A program made the translations under genes and the position numbers. 64,000 bases of DNA from Halarcobacter sp. (lineage in GTDB: Bacteria; Campylobacterota; Campylobacteria; Campylobacterales; Arcobacteraceae). The notes under the pieces are model-generated. The model made no database searches and was not told where the DNA came from. It worked only from the letters and a program-made list of their open reading frames with translations. The stretch is taken from positions 2,400,001 to 2,464,000 of the forward strand of contig OY781089.1 of the NCBI GenBank assembly GCA_963676565.1, read 5' to 3'. Of this stretch, positions 42,971 to 53,019 are shown piece by piece. The first letter of the stretch is position 1, and each line of letters opens with the position of its first letter.

Positions 42971-45268
42971 TTATTTTGAAAGTAAATCGTTGATTACAGA
43001 TTCTCTTTTTGTAGTTTCAATTCTTTTGCAAGCACTTTTAAAAGCATCCTCTTCACCAACAATAAAACACATCTTTTTTGCCCTAGTAATTGCAGTATAA
43101 AGAAGCTTTGTATTGTGCATAATATAATGGGAAAAGCTCATTGGAATTAAAGCATTTTCATACTCCATTCCTTGGGTTTTATGAATTGTTAAACAATATG
43201 CCAAAGACAAAAGATTAGTTAACTCATCAAAATCATAAAACACTACCATATCATCATTTGGGTATAAAACAATTACATTATTTTCTTCAAAATCAAGTTT
43301 TATAATTAGGCCTAATTGCCCATTAAAAACCCTTTTTTCTAAAAAGTCACTTGAACCTGATTTATACATTTTCATAGTTTGAGCTTTCATATTTTCATTT
43401 TTAATATGAATAACTTTATCGGTCATTCTAAACTCATAAAGTTTAGTTTTATATCCTTTACCTTTAGTATGATTAAACAGCGTTTGCAATTGCATATTTA
43501 GGTTTTCAACCCCTAATATTCCAGCTTTCATAGGAGTGATGACTTGAAATAAAGTCAATGCTTTAGAGATATCTTTTTTCTTTATAAACTCATAAAAACC
43601 TTCAATATAATGACTTGAAATATTTAAAATTGTATTTAAAATATTTTCACTTATATTTGCCCTTACATTTGAAAACTCACTTTGTGTACTTGTATTTTTT
43701 ACTGCATAATAGTTATTTATTGATACATTAACAAATTTAAAATCTTGATAATCTTTTTCATATTCAGGGATATTCCCTTCTCTAATATCATTTGCTATTA
43801 CTGCAATTGCTTGGTCTTGACTTTGTCTATATATTTTTGTAAGTTTACATATTGGCGCAAGTTCATGTTTTATTGCATCACCTAAAATGTTCCCTGCTCC
43901 AATAGCAGGAAGCTGTCCATCATCTCCAACAACTATAAAAATTGTGTCATCTGATATTTTTTTTATAAGATTATAAAACATTACAGAGTTTACCATTGAT
44001 GCTTCATCAAGTAAAATAACTTTATGGGGAAAAAACTCTTTATCTTCATGTTTTACAAAAAGAGATTGGATAGTACTACTATTGTATCCTGTTGTATCAG
44101 AGATTCGCTGTGAAGCAATTCCACTTAAAGCAATGGTTATAATATCATCATATGCAACTATCTCTTCGAGTAATTCTAAAACTGCCCTACTAGAAGTTGA
44201 TTTACCTGTTCCTGCATAACCAATCAAAAATAGTGTTTTATTTCCATTATTGATTATTTCAACTGCTTTTTTTTGCTCACTGCTTAATTCAAACCCTAAT
44301 GTCTTTTGTTTTTTTTCGAGATACTCATCAAAACTTGATATTATTTTTCTATTTAAATCGTTTTTTCTTCTCTCAAAAAAATCTAATATTCTTCTTTCGG
44401 CATTGTAAAGCATTGAAGGGGATAATCTATTTTCATTTGTTTTAAATAATTGTTCTTCAACAAGCATTTTTGTAATAACATTTTCATATAAAATATCTTC
44501 ATTATTAAAATGCAAAGACTCATCTAAAAGTTTATAAAGATGAAATTTGTCTATTGAAGAATTTCCATTATTGTCACAAAACTCTCTTAATGTAAAGTTT
44601 ATACATGCATTTACTCTAAAATCACTTTTAGGATCAATCCCCAAAGACTTTGCTATCTCATCTGCTCTTTTAAAACCAATCCCTTTTATTTGTATTAATA
44701 AATATGGATTTTCTTCTATTTTTTCTATTAGATTATCAACTTCACTAAAATGGGAATAGATTTTATTGATTAGGTTTGAAGTAACCCCAAACTTTGATAA
44801 AAATGTACCAAGTTCCCTAAGGTGTTTAAATTTTTGCCATGAGCTTACTATCTTATCTAGTTTTTTTTCTTTGATACCTTTGAACTTTAAAAGTTCACTT
44901 GGGTTCTCATTTAAAATCTTAACTAACTCATCTTCAGAGTATTTTTCAAGTAATTCATGGGCAAACTTTTTACCAACACCTTTAACAATCTTAGTTAAAA
45001 AGAAAAACATCTCTGCTTCTTTTAATTCTAAAGTTTGAAACTCAAATTGAACACCGTATTTTTTGTGAGTTGTCCAATCCCCTTTTAGTAGGATCTCTTC
45101 CCCTACTAATTTTTCTAAATCAGTATCAAAGTAAGTTCCACAAATTTTTTGATTGTTTTCAAGTACAGCGATTACATATTTGGTTTCTGCATTTTGATAG
45201 AGAACTCTTTTTATTACACCAGATAGATTGAAAAGTTTTTCATTTTCTTGAATATCTTCAGACATCAA
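42971..45268 (-). CDS. RecD2-like SF1 DNA helicase
   Basis: HKKYGVQF, HhH motifs (KGVGKK, KGIGFKRADEIA), GYAGTGKS, LLDEASMV, VGDDGQLPAIGAG, IHKTQGMEY, LLYTAITRAK. Confidence 0.92.
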   Translation of the reverse strand: MMSEDIQENEKLFNLSGVIKRVLYQNAETKYVIAVLENNQKICGTYFDTDLEKLVGEEILLKGDWTTHKKYGVQFEFQTLELKEAEMFFFLTKIVKGVGKKFAHELLEKYSEDELVKILNENPSELLKFKGIKEKKLDKIVSSWQKFKHLRELGTFLSKFGVTSNLINKIYSHFSEVDNLIEKIEENPYLLIQIKGIGFKRADEIAKSLGIDPKSDFRVNACINFTLREFCDNNGNSSIDKFHLYKLLDESLHFNNEDILYENVITKMLVEEQLFKTNENRLSPSMLYNAERRILDFFERRKNDLNRKIISSFDEYLEKKQKTLGFELSSEQKKAVEIINNGNKTLFLIGYAGTGKSTSSRAVLELLEEIVAYDDIITIALSGIASQRISDTTGYNSSTIQSLFVKHEDKEFFPHKVILLDEASMVNSVMFYNLIKKISDDTIFIVVGDDGQLPAIGAGNILGDAIKHELAPICKLTKIYRQSQDQAIAVIANDIREGNIPEYEKDYQDFKFVNVSINNYYAVKNTSTQSEFSNVRANISENILNTILNISSHYIEGFYEFIKKKDISKALTLFQVITPMKAGILGVENLNMQLQTLFNHTKGKGYKTKLYEFRMTDKVIHIKNENMKAQTMKMYKSGSSDFLEKRVFNGQLGLIIKLDFEENNVIVLYPNDDMVVFYDFDELTNLLSLAYCLTIHKTQGMEYENALIPMSFSHYIMHNTKLLYTAITRAKKMCFIVGEEDAFKSACKRIETTKRESVINDLLSK

Positions 45269-45618
45269 TATCCATCATCAAATTTGCTTTTCTTATGTTT
45301 ATCTTTTTTGTAAGAACTTTTATTCTTTTCTTTTTGTAAAAGGTTTGCATCTTTTAAAAGGGTATCCCTTTCATCTTCAAAATTGTCGCTTGAATTTTCT
45401 ATATAACTTAGTGTTTTATTGATAAAAGCTATTAAAGATCTTAAATAATTTGAATCCAAAGGTACTGCTTTAACTCTTTTTAAATCCTCATAGTTTTTTA
45501 ATGTTCTTTCTCTAAAAAGTTCTTTGTCAAAGTTTTCTAGTTTTAGTAAAGAGATAGTTCTAGTAAAAAACTTTTCTAAAACTCTAATGTATCGTATTCT
45601 TAATTGTTTTTCGTGCAT
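45265..45618 (-). CDS. Hypothetical protein
   Basis: 117-aa helical ORF with a basic C-terminus; its stop overlaps the helicase start. Confidence 0.7.
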   Translation of the reverse strand: MHEKQLRIRYIRVLEKFFTRTISLLKLENFDKELFRERTLKNYEDLKRVKAVPLDSNYLRSLIAFINKTLSYIENSSDNFEDERDTLLKDANLLQKEKNKSSYKKDKHKKSKFDDGY

Positions 45619-45626
45619 ATTAAAAA

Positions 45627-46001
45627 CTACAAACTTGGTAAGATATCATTAAGGCTTTCAAGTCCTAACTCTTCTAAATCCAAATGGATTTGTCCCATTT
45701 TTTTTGATTTTTCATTAATAATTACAGGGGAAAAGATATTCATAGAAGATTCTGAAACTTGAGTTTGCAAAACAAAGATATAAAAAATAGAAATATCTTC
45801 TATAGACTCAATTTCAAGTTTATTTTTAAAATCATCAGGAAGTTCAAAAGCTAAAGATTTCAAAGCTCCAAAACTCATTAATCTAAGAGTTATACCAGTA
45901 TTATTGCCTTTGATTACAGAAAAAAAGTCATCAAGTTTGGTTAACTCAAACTCTGTCTCATCTTTACAACCATCAATTGGAATTACAACTTCATAACTCA
46001 T
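45627..46001 (-). CDS. fliW: Flagellar assembly factor FliW-like protein
   Basis: YEV..PI.G, KLDDFF, ESSMNIFSPVIINEKSKKMGQ resemble FliW, though divergent. Confidence 0.65.
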   Translation of the reverse strand: MSYEVVIPIDGCKDETEFELTKLDDFFSVIKGNNTGITLRLMSFGALKSLAFELPDDFKNKLEIESIEDISIFYIFVLQTQVSESSMNIFSPVIINEKSKKMGQIHLDLEELGLESLNDILPSL

Positions 46002-46101
46002 TTACTTCCTTTTTGTGTTGAGAGATTCTACAAAAAATATAATTTGAAGTCAATTAATAATTGATTTATTGTAATAATCATTTAGTTGATTATGGTATAC
46101 T

Positions 46102-47763
46102 TTGAGTATGATAGTTTCAAATAACAATAATCTTTTGAATATTTTACTACCAAATGATAACAAAGTTTTAAAAGAAGCATTAAAAAATGCTGATGCACAA
46201 ACTTTGCAAAAATTTCAAAATGGAACTGCTACAGTTGGTGATATTTTAAAGAATCTCTTTGAAAATCTGAAAACTTCAGATAAGAGTCAGGGAAGTATTG
46301 AAAACTTTTTAAAAAACACAAATGTTTTTAAAATGGAACAAAACTTTTCTAAATCAATAGAACAAGTATTATCTCAATTAAAAGCAACCCCTTCTTTAGA
46401 GAAATTTACAAGTCAAATAGAAACCCTTTTAAAAAATATTACAAATTTAGATGAAAACTCTTTAAAACAAATGATTGATAAATCAGGGGTCTTTTTAGAA
46501 TCAAAGATTGCAAATCAAATCAATGCCCAAGTAAGGAATCCAGCGAATCTACCAAAAAATATAGCTGAATTATTAACACAAATAAAAACCCTTATAAAAG
46601 ATATTCCAAATTTAGAAGCAAAAAATATTACAAATTTAATTGATAAAATATTACAAGCAAATTCAAATCAAACAATGAGTCCTAATAATTTACAAGGTGA
46701 ACTTAAAACTTTAGTTTCTAATTTACAAAATCTATTGTCAAATATCTCTTCAAAGGAGATTACAAGTTTAAGTAATCTTACTCAAAAACTTGAGAATTTG
46801 TCTTCACAAGCTCAACTTGTAGAATCAAAAATTGCAAATTCAAATACTCCTCTTGATACTAATTTACTGAACAATAAAGAGACAATAAACAATAAAACCT
46901 TAGAGACACTATTAACCTTGAAACAAGAGCTAGTAAATATTAAGGGAATAGATACTAAACCATTAAATCAACTAATTGATAAATTGTTAAATTTACAAAA
47001 CCTATTTACAAAAATAAATTTACCTAATCTAAACCAAAGTGGCTTTCAAAGTAATTTTGCTACAAATTTAGATTCTCTTTTAACAAATTTAAAAACATCA
47101 ATACAAAATCTTCCTTCAAGTAATGATAACCTAAACCTTCATCAAAACATAAATAAAACTATTCAAAAACTTGAAACGATTATAAACAATCTAATTCAAA
47201 ACCCAAATAGCTTTTTACCAAAGGAATCAAACCCCATTCAAAATGATATGAAAGCTTTACTTTTACAAGTTCAAGGTGAGTTAATATCAAAGAGTGATCC
47301 TAATTCCCAAGAGACTTTAAAACAGGTTGATAGACTTATTACTCAAATTGAATATCATCAATTACAATCAATCGTTTCTAATTCAAATAATGTATATATA
47401 CCTTTTTTATGGGATATGTTAGATGAAGGCTCAATCTCAATGAAAAAGATTAATGAAGATAAATTCTATTGTGAAATCAATTTGTCATTGAAAGAGTTTG
47501 GGGAAACAAATCTTCTTTTAGCTTTATATGATAAAAACAAATTAGATTTGACTATATTCGCTTCTAAAAATAGTTTTAAAAAAAGTATACAAGAAGCACT
47601 TCCAAAATTAAGAAGTTCATTAAATTCTGTTGACTTAATACCTGTAAATATTAAAATAGTAGATATAAAAAAAGAGGAAACAAAAGAACAAAAACAAATG
47701 AACCAATTCAACCAAAATGATGATTTCATAAATCCTAGTTTTAGTGTTGATATAAGGGTATAA
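46102..47763 (+). CDS. Flagellar hook-length control (FliK-like) protein
   Basis: Low-complexity N/L/Q-rich body; C-terminal DMKALLL, YIPFLWDML, FYCEINLSLKEFG; followed by an FlhB-like gene. Confidence 0.65.
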   Translation: MSMIVSNNNNLLNILLPNDNKVLKEALKNADAQTLQKFQNGTATVGDILKNLFENLKTSDKSQGSIENFLKNTNVFKMEQNFSKSIEQVLSQLKATPSLEKFTSQIETLLKNITNLDENSLKQMIDKSGVFLESKIANQINAQVRNPANLPKNIAELLTQIKTLIKDIPNLEAKNITNLIDKILQANSNQTMSPNNLQGELKTLVSNLQNLLSNISSKEITSLSNLTQKLENLSSQAQLVESKIANSNTPLDTNLLNNKETINNKTLETLLTLKQELVNIKGIDTKPLNQLIDKLLNLQNLFTKINLPNLNQSGFQSNFATNLDSLLTNLKTSIQNLPSSNDNLNLHQNINKTIQKLETIINNLIQNPNSFLPKESNPIQNDMKALLLQVQGELISKSDPNSQETLKQVDRLITQIEYHQLQSIVSNSNNVYIPFLWDMLDEGSISMKKINEDKFYCEINLSLKEFGETNLLLALYDKNKLDLTIFASKNSFKKSIQEALPKLRSSLNSVDLIPVNIKIVDIKKEETKEQKQMNQFNQNDDFINPSFSVDIRV

Positions 47764-47764
47764 G

Positions 47765-48058
47765 ATGGAAAAAAACAATCTTAAAAAAGCTGTTGCCTTA
47801 GGTTATGATATTGATGTTGATAATGCACCAAAAGTATTAGCAAAAGGAACGGGAGAATTAGCAAAAAATATTATAAAAGTTGCCCAAGACAACGAGATAC
47901 CAATAAAAAAAGATGAAGATTTAGTTGAACTTTTATCTGCCCTTGATATAGATAAAGAGATTCCAAATTCTATGTATAAAGCTGTTTCTGAGATTTTTTC
48001 ATTTATTTATGATTTAACAAGCCTTGAACGAAAAAAAAGAGAGTTTGAACAAAGGTAA
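47765..48058 (+). CDS. FlhB C-terminal-like protein (EscU/YscU family switch domain)
   Basis: KAVALGY...APKVLAKG.GELA..II..A....IPI..D..LV..L, EIP..MY.AV.EI. Confidence 0.9.
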   Translation: MEKNNLKKAVALGYDIDVDNAPKVLAKGTGELAKNIIKVAQDNEIPIKKDEDLVELLSALDIDKEIPNSMYKAVSEIFSFIYDLTSLERKKREFEQR

Positions 48059-48120
48059 TATTGATTTAGATATAAGTTCATTTATAATATAATCCTCAAA
48101 AAACAAAGACATATCTGATA

Positions 48121-48561
48121 ATGAGACTCAACAATCTTGATAATCCTTTTTTTATAGTATTACTTGCCATAGCCATAGTAATAGTAAATACTATATCATC
48201 AATAATATTTTTCCCTATATTAACCTTGGGAATTTTATTTATGGCCTTTTTTGTGTGTCTTAAGAAAAGATATTATTATTCATTTACTGTTGTTATTCTT
48301 GCCTTAACTTTTATCGAGTTAAATAATGGATTTAAGCCATTGTCTTTATTTTTACTTGCTACTTTTGTATATGTTTTTCTAGTGCCAAATATTAATAGAG
48401 TCTTCACCTTTAGTAGTTTAAATAGTTATATTTATATGACAGTGTTTTATTTAGGTGTTACCATTGTTTGGTCAATTGACCATCAAATAACACTTTATTT
48501 TGCTGCAATTTTAGTAGTTAATCTTATAATTGATTTTATCTTATTTGGAGTTTTAATTTGA
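48121..48561 (+). CDS. Hydrophobic membrane protein, possibly MreD-like
   Basis: About five TM segments; overlaps the start of mrdA. Confidence 0.55.
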   Translation: MRLNNLDNPFFIVLLAIAIVIVNTISSIIFFPILTLGILFMAFFVCLKKRYYYSFTVVILALTFIELNNGFKPLSLFLLATFVYVFLVPNINRVFTFSSLNSYIYMTVFYLGVTIVWSIDHQITLYFAAILVVNLIIDFILFGVLI

Positions 48562-50333
48562 AAAATAGAGTTAATATAGCCTTAATTGTGATTTTTATTG
48601 TATTGTTAACTTTATTATCTAGAGTTTATTTTTTAAGTATTAAATCAAATACATACTATGAAGAACTTTCAAAAAGAAATTATATTAAAAAAGTTTACGA
48701 AGTACCAAATCGAGGTATTATAAAAGATAGAAATGGCGTACCATTAGCTATGAATAAAATTGGGTTTTCAATAAATATAAAGCCTCATTTAAGATCTTAT
48801 AAAAATAAGCATAAGCTAGACCAACTTGTAACTTTGATAAATAAGCACTTACCTCAATATGAAAAAGAGAAACTTTATAAAGAGTATAAAAAGTTAGATT
48901 CAAACTATAAACACGATTTTGTAAAAGTAATTGAGTTTATCCCTTATGATGACTTCTTTGATAAATATACAATTTTTAATTCAAACGATGACATTAAAAT
49001 TAAACCTGAAGTAAAAAGAGTATATCCATATGGTAAAAATGGTTCTCATATAATTGGTTATGTAGGGAAAGCAACGAAAAGAGATATTGAAAATAATGGA
49101 TTTTCAAAATATAGTGGAATCATTGGTAAAAATGGTTTAGAGAAATACTACAATAATAAACTTCAAGGAAAACTTGGTGAAAAAAGTATTAAAGTAAATG
49201 CTTTAAATAAAGAGATTGAAGTTTTAAATGAAATTGAACCCACATCAAATAATGATCTTCACACCTCAATTGATATTGAACTACAAAAATATATTCAAAA
49301 AATTTTTGAAGGTAAAAGTGGCGCAGTTATTGTAATGGACTCAAATAATGGAGAGGTTTTAGCTGCAGGTTCATATCCAGAGTTTGATAATAATATATTT
49401 GTAGATGGAATTTCAGTAAAAGATTGGGAAGATATGAGAAATGACTTTAACCACCCTTTCACAAACAAACTTGTAAATGGTAAATATCCTCCTGGTTCTG
49501 TTATAAAAATGGGAATTGCACTTTCATTTTTAGAAAATGGTTTAAAACCTGATTTTGAAGTTTATGATAATGGTTTTATAAAAATTGGTAGAAGAAACTT
49601 TAGATGTTGGAAAACAACTGGACATGGAAGAGTTGGTTTTACAAAGGCTATTAGAGAAAGTTGTGATGACTTTTTTTATAAGGGTAGTTTAGAAATTGGT
49701 ATAAATAAAATATCAAAAACTTTAGGGAAATATGGAATTGGTCAAGAAACAGGAATAGAACTTACCAACGAATTTTATGCTACTAATCCAAACAAAGAAT
49801 GGAAACAACATAGATTTAAACAACCTTGGTATATAGGTGATACTATTAATGCTTCAATTGGACAAGGATATATGTCTGTAACACCAATGCAGATTGCAAG
49901 ATATACTGCCTTTTTAGCATCGGGGAAGCTTCCAAAACCCCATTTTGCAAAAGATAATTTTGAAGAACCAAAAGAGATTAAGTTTAATCCAGCTCATATG
50001 AAAATTATCAGAAAAGGTATGTATGAAGTAATTAACCATAAAAAAGGTACAGCAACAAATTATATAAAATCTAAAGTAACAATTGCAGGGAAAACGGGTA
50101 CTGCTCAAGTTGTTACAATACCTCAAGAGGAAAAAGTAAGAATGAAAGAGAGTGAACTGGAGTATTATCACAGATCTCATGCATGGCTAACAACCTATGG
50201 ACCATATAAAAATCCACAATATGTAGTAACAGTTTTAGTTGAACATGGTGGGCATGGTGGTAGTGCGGCAGGTAAAGTTGTAAGTCAGATTTATGATAAG
50301 TTACTTGAAATGGGATATATAAAGAATAAATAA
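48558..50333 (+). CDS. mrdA: Penicillin-binding protein 2
   Basis: PNRGIIKDRNG, SxxK (PGSVIK), ESCD, AGKTGTAQV, EHGGHGG. Confidence 0.95.
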   Translation: MKNRVNIALIVIFIVLLTLLSRVYFLSIKSNTYYEELSKRNYIKKVYEVPNRGIIKDRNGVPLAMNKIGFSINIKPHLRSYKNKHKLDQLVTLINKHLPQYEKEKLYKEYKKLDSNYKHDFVKVIEFIPYDDFFDKYTIFNSNDDIKIKPEVKRVYPYGKNGSHIIGYVGKATKRDIENNGFSKYSGIIGKNGLEKYYNNKLQGKLGEKSIKVNALNKEIEVLNEIEPTSNNDLHTSIDIELQKYIQKIFEGKSGAVIVMDSNNGEVLAAGSYPEFDNNIFVDGISVKDWEDMRNDFNHPFTNKLVNGKYPPGSVIKMGIALSFLENGLKPDFEVYDNGFIKIGRRNFRCWKTTGHGRVGFTKAIRESCDDFFYKGSLEIGINKISKTLGKYGIGQETGIELTNEFYATNPNKEWKQHRFKQPWYIGDTINASIGQGYMSVTPMQIARYTAFLASGKLPKPHFAKDNFEEPKEIKFNPAHMKIIRKGMYEVINHKKGTATNYIKSKVTIAGKTGTAQVVTIPQEEKVRMKESELEYYHRSHAWLTTYGPYKNPQYVVTVLVEHGGHGGSAAGKVVSQIYDKLLEMGYIKNK

Positions 50334-50395
50334 CATATTAATCATATTTTAGCTAACATACACCAATTTTAAGAATTTTATTTTAGGGATTTTGA

Positions 50396-51127
50396 TTGAG
50401 ATTACTTCTAAGTTTATTAATATTTTCAGTGGCACTTTTTGCTGCGGAAGAGCAACTTCCTGTTGTAAATTTATCTGTTGCAGCACTTGAACAACCAGCA
50501 CAATTTGTAAGAACAATCAATATTGCAATAATTCTTGCATTACTTGTTTTAGCACCCTCATTACTACTTATGATCACAAGTTTTACAAGATTATTAATTG
50601 TATTTTCACTGCTTAGACAAGCAATGGGTTTACAGCAAACTCCTCCAAACCAGATTATTGTATCACTTGCACTAATTATGACAATTTTTATTATGGAACC
50701 ATATGCAAAAAGATCTTGGGATGTTGGTGTAAAGCCTTATATGGATGAAGTTATAGGTTATGAACAAGCTTTTGAAGAGGGAGTAAAACCTTTTAAAGAG
50801 TTTATGATTAAAAATACTAGAGAAAAAGATTTAGCCCTATTTTATAGAATAAAAAAAGAAGAAAACCCTAAAAATATCGATGATGTTCCTTTAACTTTGT
50901 TAATGCCTGCGTTTATTGTAAGTGAATTAAAAACTGCCTTTGAGATAGGTTTTTTAATCTTCTTACCCTTTTTAGTAATAGATATTATCGTTGCTTCCAT
51001 ACTTATGTCCCTAGGTATGATGATGTTACCACCTGTAATGATATCCTTGCCTATTAAAATCATCTTTTTTATTGTAATTGATGGTTGGGCATTGATTATA
51101 GGAAACCTTGCTCAGTCCTTTAAGTAA
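50396..51127 (+). CDS. fliP: Flagellar export protein FliP
   Basis: TSFTR....LRQAMGLQQTPPNQ, PAFIVSELKTAFEIGF, SLGMMMLPPVMISLP.K. Confidence 0.97.
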   Translation: MRLLLSLLIFSVALFAAEEQLPVVNLSVAALEQPAQFVRTINIAIILALLVLAPSLLLMITSFTRLLIVFSLLRQAMGLQQTPPNQIIVSLALIMTIFIMEPYAKRSWDVGVKPYMDEVIGYEQAFEEGVKPFKEFMIKNTREKDLALFYRIKKEENPKNIDDVPLTLLMPAFIVSELKTAFEIGFLIFLPFLVIDIIVASILMSLGMMMLPPVMISLPIKIIFFIVIDGWALIIGNLAQSFK

Positions 51128-51146
51128 TATTTTAGTAAGGTATTAA

Positions 51147-52811
51147 ATGGAAAGAATTGATATTATACCTTGGAATGAGAATTTTTGTACGGGAATTAAT
51201 CAAATAGATGAAGAGCATAAAAAGTTAGTTGAAATAATTAATAGTCTTGCTACAGAATTTGCATATAATACATTTACTCTAAATATCAATACTATATTTA
51301 ATGAACTAATCGATTATACAAAATACCATTTTACGTCTGAAGAGATAATTTGGGATAAACACTTCCAAAATCAAGAAGATAGTAAAAAACATAAAAAAGC
51401 TCACAATAATTTCATTAATGAACTTCACAATTTAATAGAACTACAAAAGAAAAAACCAATTGAAGAAATAGCTGAAATAACACTAGATTTTCTGGTACAA
51501 TGGCTAGTCTCTCATATCCTTGAAACAGATAGATTTATGGCTTATAAAGTTTTAAGTCTAATTGATGGTGATTCAATTGAAGAAGCACACAAAATTGCTA
51601 CACAAAAAATGAGTGGTGAAACAAAAAAACTAACTACACTTATAATGTCTATTTATAAGGTACTATCAAATAATACATTAAAACTTATGAGAGAAAAGGC
51701 AAGACAAGAAAAGGTTCAAAAAGTATTAGAAGAAGAAAAAAATAAATTTGAAGATATATTTAAATATAGTAAAGATGGCATTGCTTTATTAGATTTAGAT
51801 TATAATTTTCTTGACTTTAATGATTCATACCTTAATATGTTAGGCTTTTCAAAAGAAGAATTACTCACCAAAACTAGTATTGAAATAACTGCCCCTAAAG
51901 ATATAAAAAAATCAATTAAAGCAATGGAAGAAGTTCTTGAAAAAGGTTTCATAACCAACTTTGAAAAACAGTTTTGTACAAAGGATGGAACATATATTTA
52001 TGTAAATATCTCTGCTTCATTACAACCAGATAAAAAAACAGTTCTTGTAATTACAAAAGACGTATCATCTTTAAAAATCTTAGAAGAACAATCAAAAATG
52101 GCTGCAATGGGAGAGATGATTGGAAACATCGCCCATCAGTGGAGACAACCACTTTCAGTAATCTCTACAGCTGCAACGGGAATAAAACTTCAAAATAATA
52201 TTGATATTTTAACTAAAGAACAGTTGGACTCAATGTGTGATACCATAAACAACAACGCCCAATACCTTTCAAAAACTATAGATGATTTTAGAAACTTTAT
52301 AAAAGGTGAAAGAGTAATTAAAAAATTCAATCTTTTTGAAACTTTTGAAACTTTTATGGAGCTTATGAAAGGTACCATCAAACAAAACTTCATAAAAGTA
52401 AATATTGATATTCCAAAAAATATTTCTTTAAATGGTTACCCTAATGAATTAATACAATGTTTTATCAATATATTCAACAACTCAAAAGATGCTTTGAAAA
52501 ATAAAGAGGATGAAAGAGTTATAAATATCTTTGCAAAAATAAAAAACAATAACTTAATAATCATTTTTAATGATAATGCAGGGGGAATACCTGAAGAGAT
52601 ACTACCAAAGGTTTTTGAGCCCTATTTTACTACAAAATATAAAGCACAAGGTACAGGCTTAGGATTAAGTATGACATACAATCTAATAACAAATGGTATG
52701 AATGGTTCAATTTCTGTATATAATAAAGACTATCCAAACAACAAAGATTCTTCAAAAGGTGCGGAATTCAAAATTATCTTGCCAATAGATGACAAAATTT
52801 CTATAAAGTAA
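51147..52811 (+). CDS. Cytoplasmic hemerythrin-PAS sensor histidine kinase
   Basis: IDEEH, HFTSEE, HKKAH and HILETD hemerythrin ligands; PAS domain; GEMIGNIAHQWRQPL H-box; DNAGGI, FEPYFTTK, GTGLGL. Confidence 0.9.
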   Translation: MERIDIIPWNENFCTGINQIDEEHKKLVEIINSLATEFAYNTFTLNINTIFNELIDYTKYHFTSEEIIWDKHFQNQEDSKKHKKAHNNFINELHNLIELQKKKPIEEIAEITLDFLVQWLVSHILETDRFMAYKVLSLIDGDSIEEAHKIATQKMSGETKKLTTLIMSIYKVLSNNTLKLMREKARQEKVQKVLEEEKNKFEDIFKYSKDGIALLDLDYNFLDFNDSYLNMLGFSKEELLTKTSIEITAPKDIKKSIKAMEEVLEKGFITNFEKQFCTKDGTYIYVNISASLQPDKKTVLVITKDVSSLKILEEQSKMAAMGEMIGNIAHQWRQPLSVISTAATGIKLQNNIDILTKEQLDSMCDTINNNAQYLSKTIDDFRNFIKGERVIKKFNLFETFETFMELMKGTIKQNFIKVNIDIPKNISLNGYPNELIQCFINIFNNSKDALKNKEDERVINIFAKIKNNNLIIIFNDNAGGIPEEILPKVFEPYFTTKYKAQGTGLGLSMTYNLITNGMNGSISVYNKDYPNNKDSSKGAEFKIILPIDDKISIK

Positions 52812-52951
52812 AAGAAGAGAAGAAAAGATAATTTCAAAATAATGAGGGGGGAGATGAGATTTTCTAGGGAAATTCTTCTCTTCTTTTATGTTTGGGACAA
52901 GGAAGTATACAAATCCAAAATGGCCTAAACGTGACATATGTACTTCAAAAT
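52809..52951 (-). ncRNA. Candidate small RNA with a C/U-rich loop (ends approximate)
   Basis: Perfect 16-bp inverted repeat (52809-52824/52873-52888) around a 48-nt loop containing CUCCCCCCUC on the minus strand; second hairpin at 52902-52946; minus-strand TATCAT -10 at 52958-52963. Confidence 0.4.
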
Positions 52952-53019
52952 TAAAAAATGATACTCTCCTAATACCATTTCTAGATAAAATATCTTATCA
53001 ACTAAGATGAGGAGTAAAT

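Noticed and set aside
42971..45618. Helicase plus small ORF as an anti-phage defence system
   Set aside because: The architecture matches housekeeping RecD2 in a core-gene context, with no nuclease or other defence partner.
52846..52851. G6 run as a phase-variable tract
   Set aside because: Too short and intergenic; better explained as part of the hairpin loop.
52752..52937. 61-aa minus-strand ORF
   Set aside because: No RBS, it overlaps the kinase 3' end, and it runs through a long inverted repeat; a non-coding explanation fits better, though translation is not excluded.
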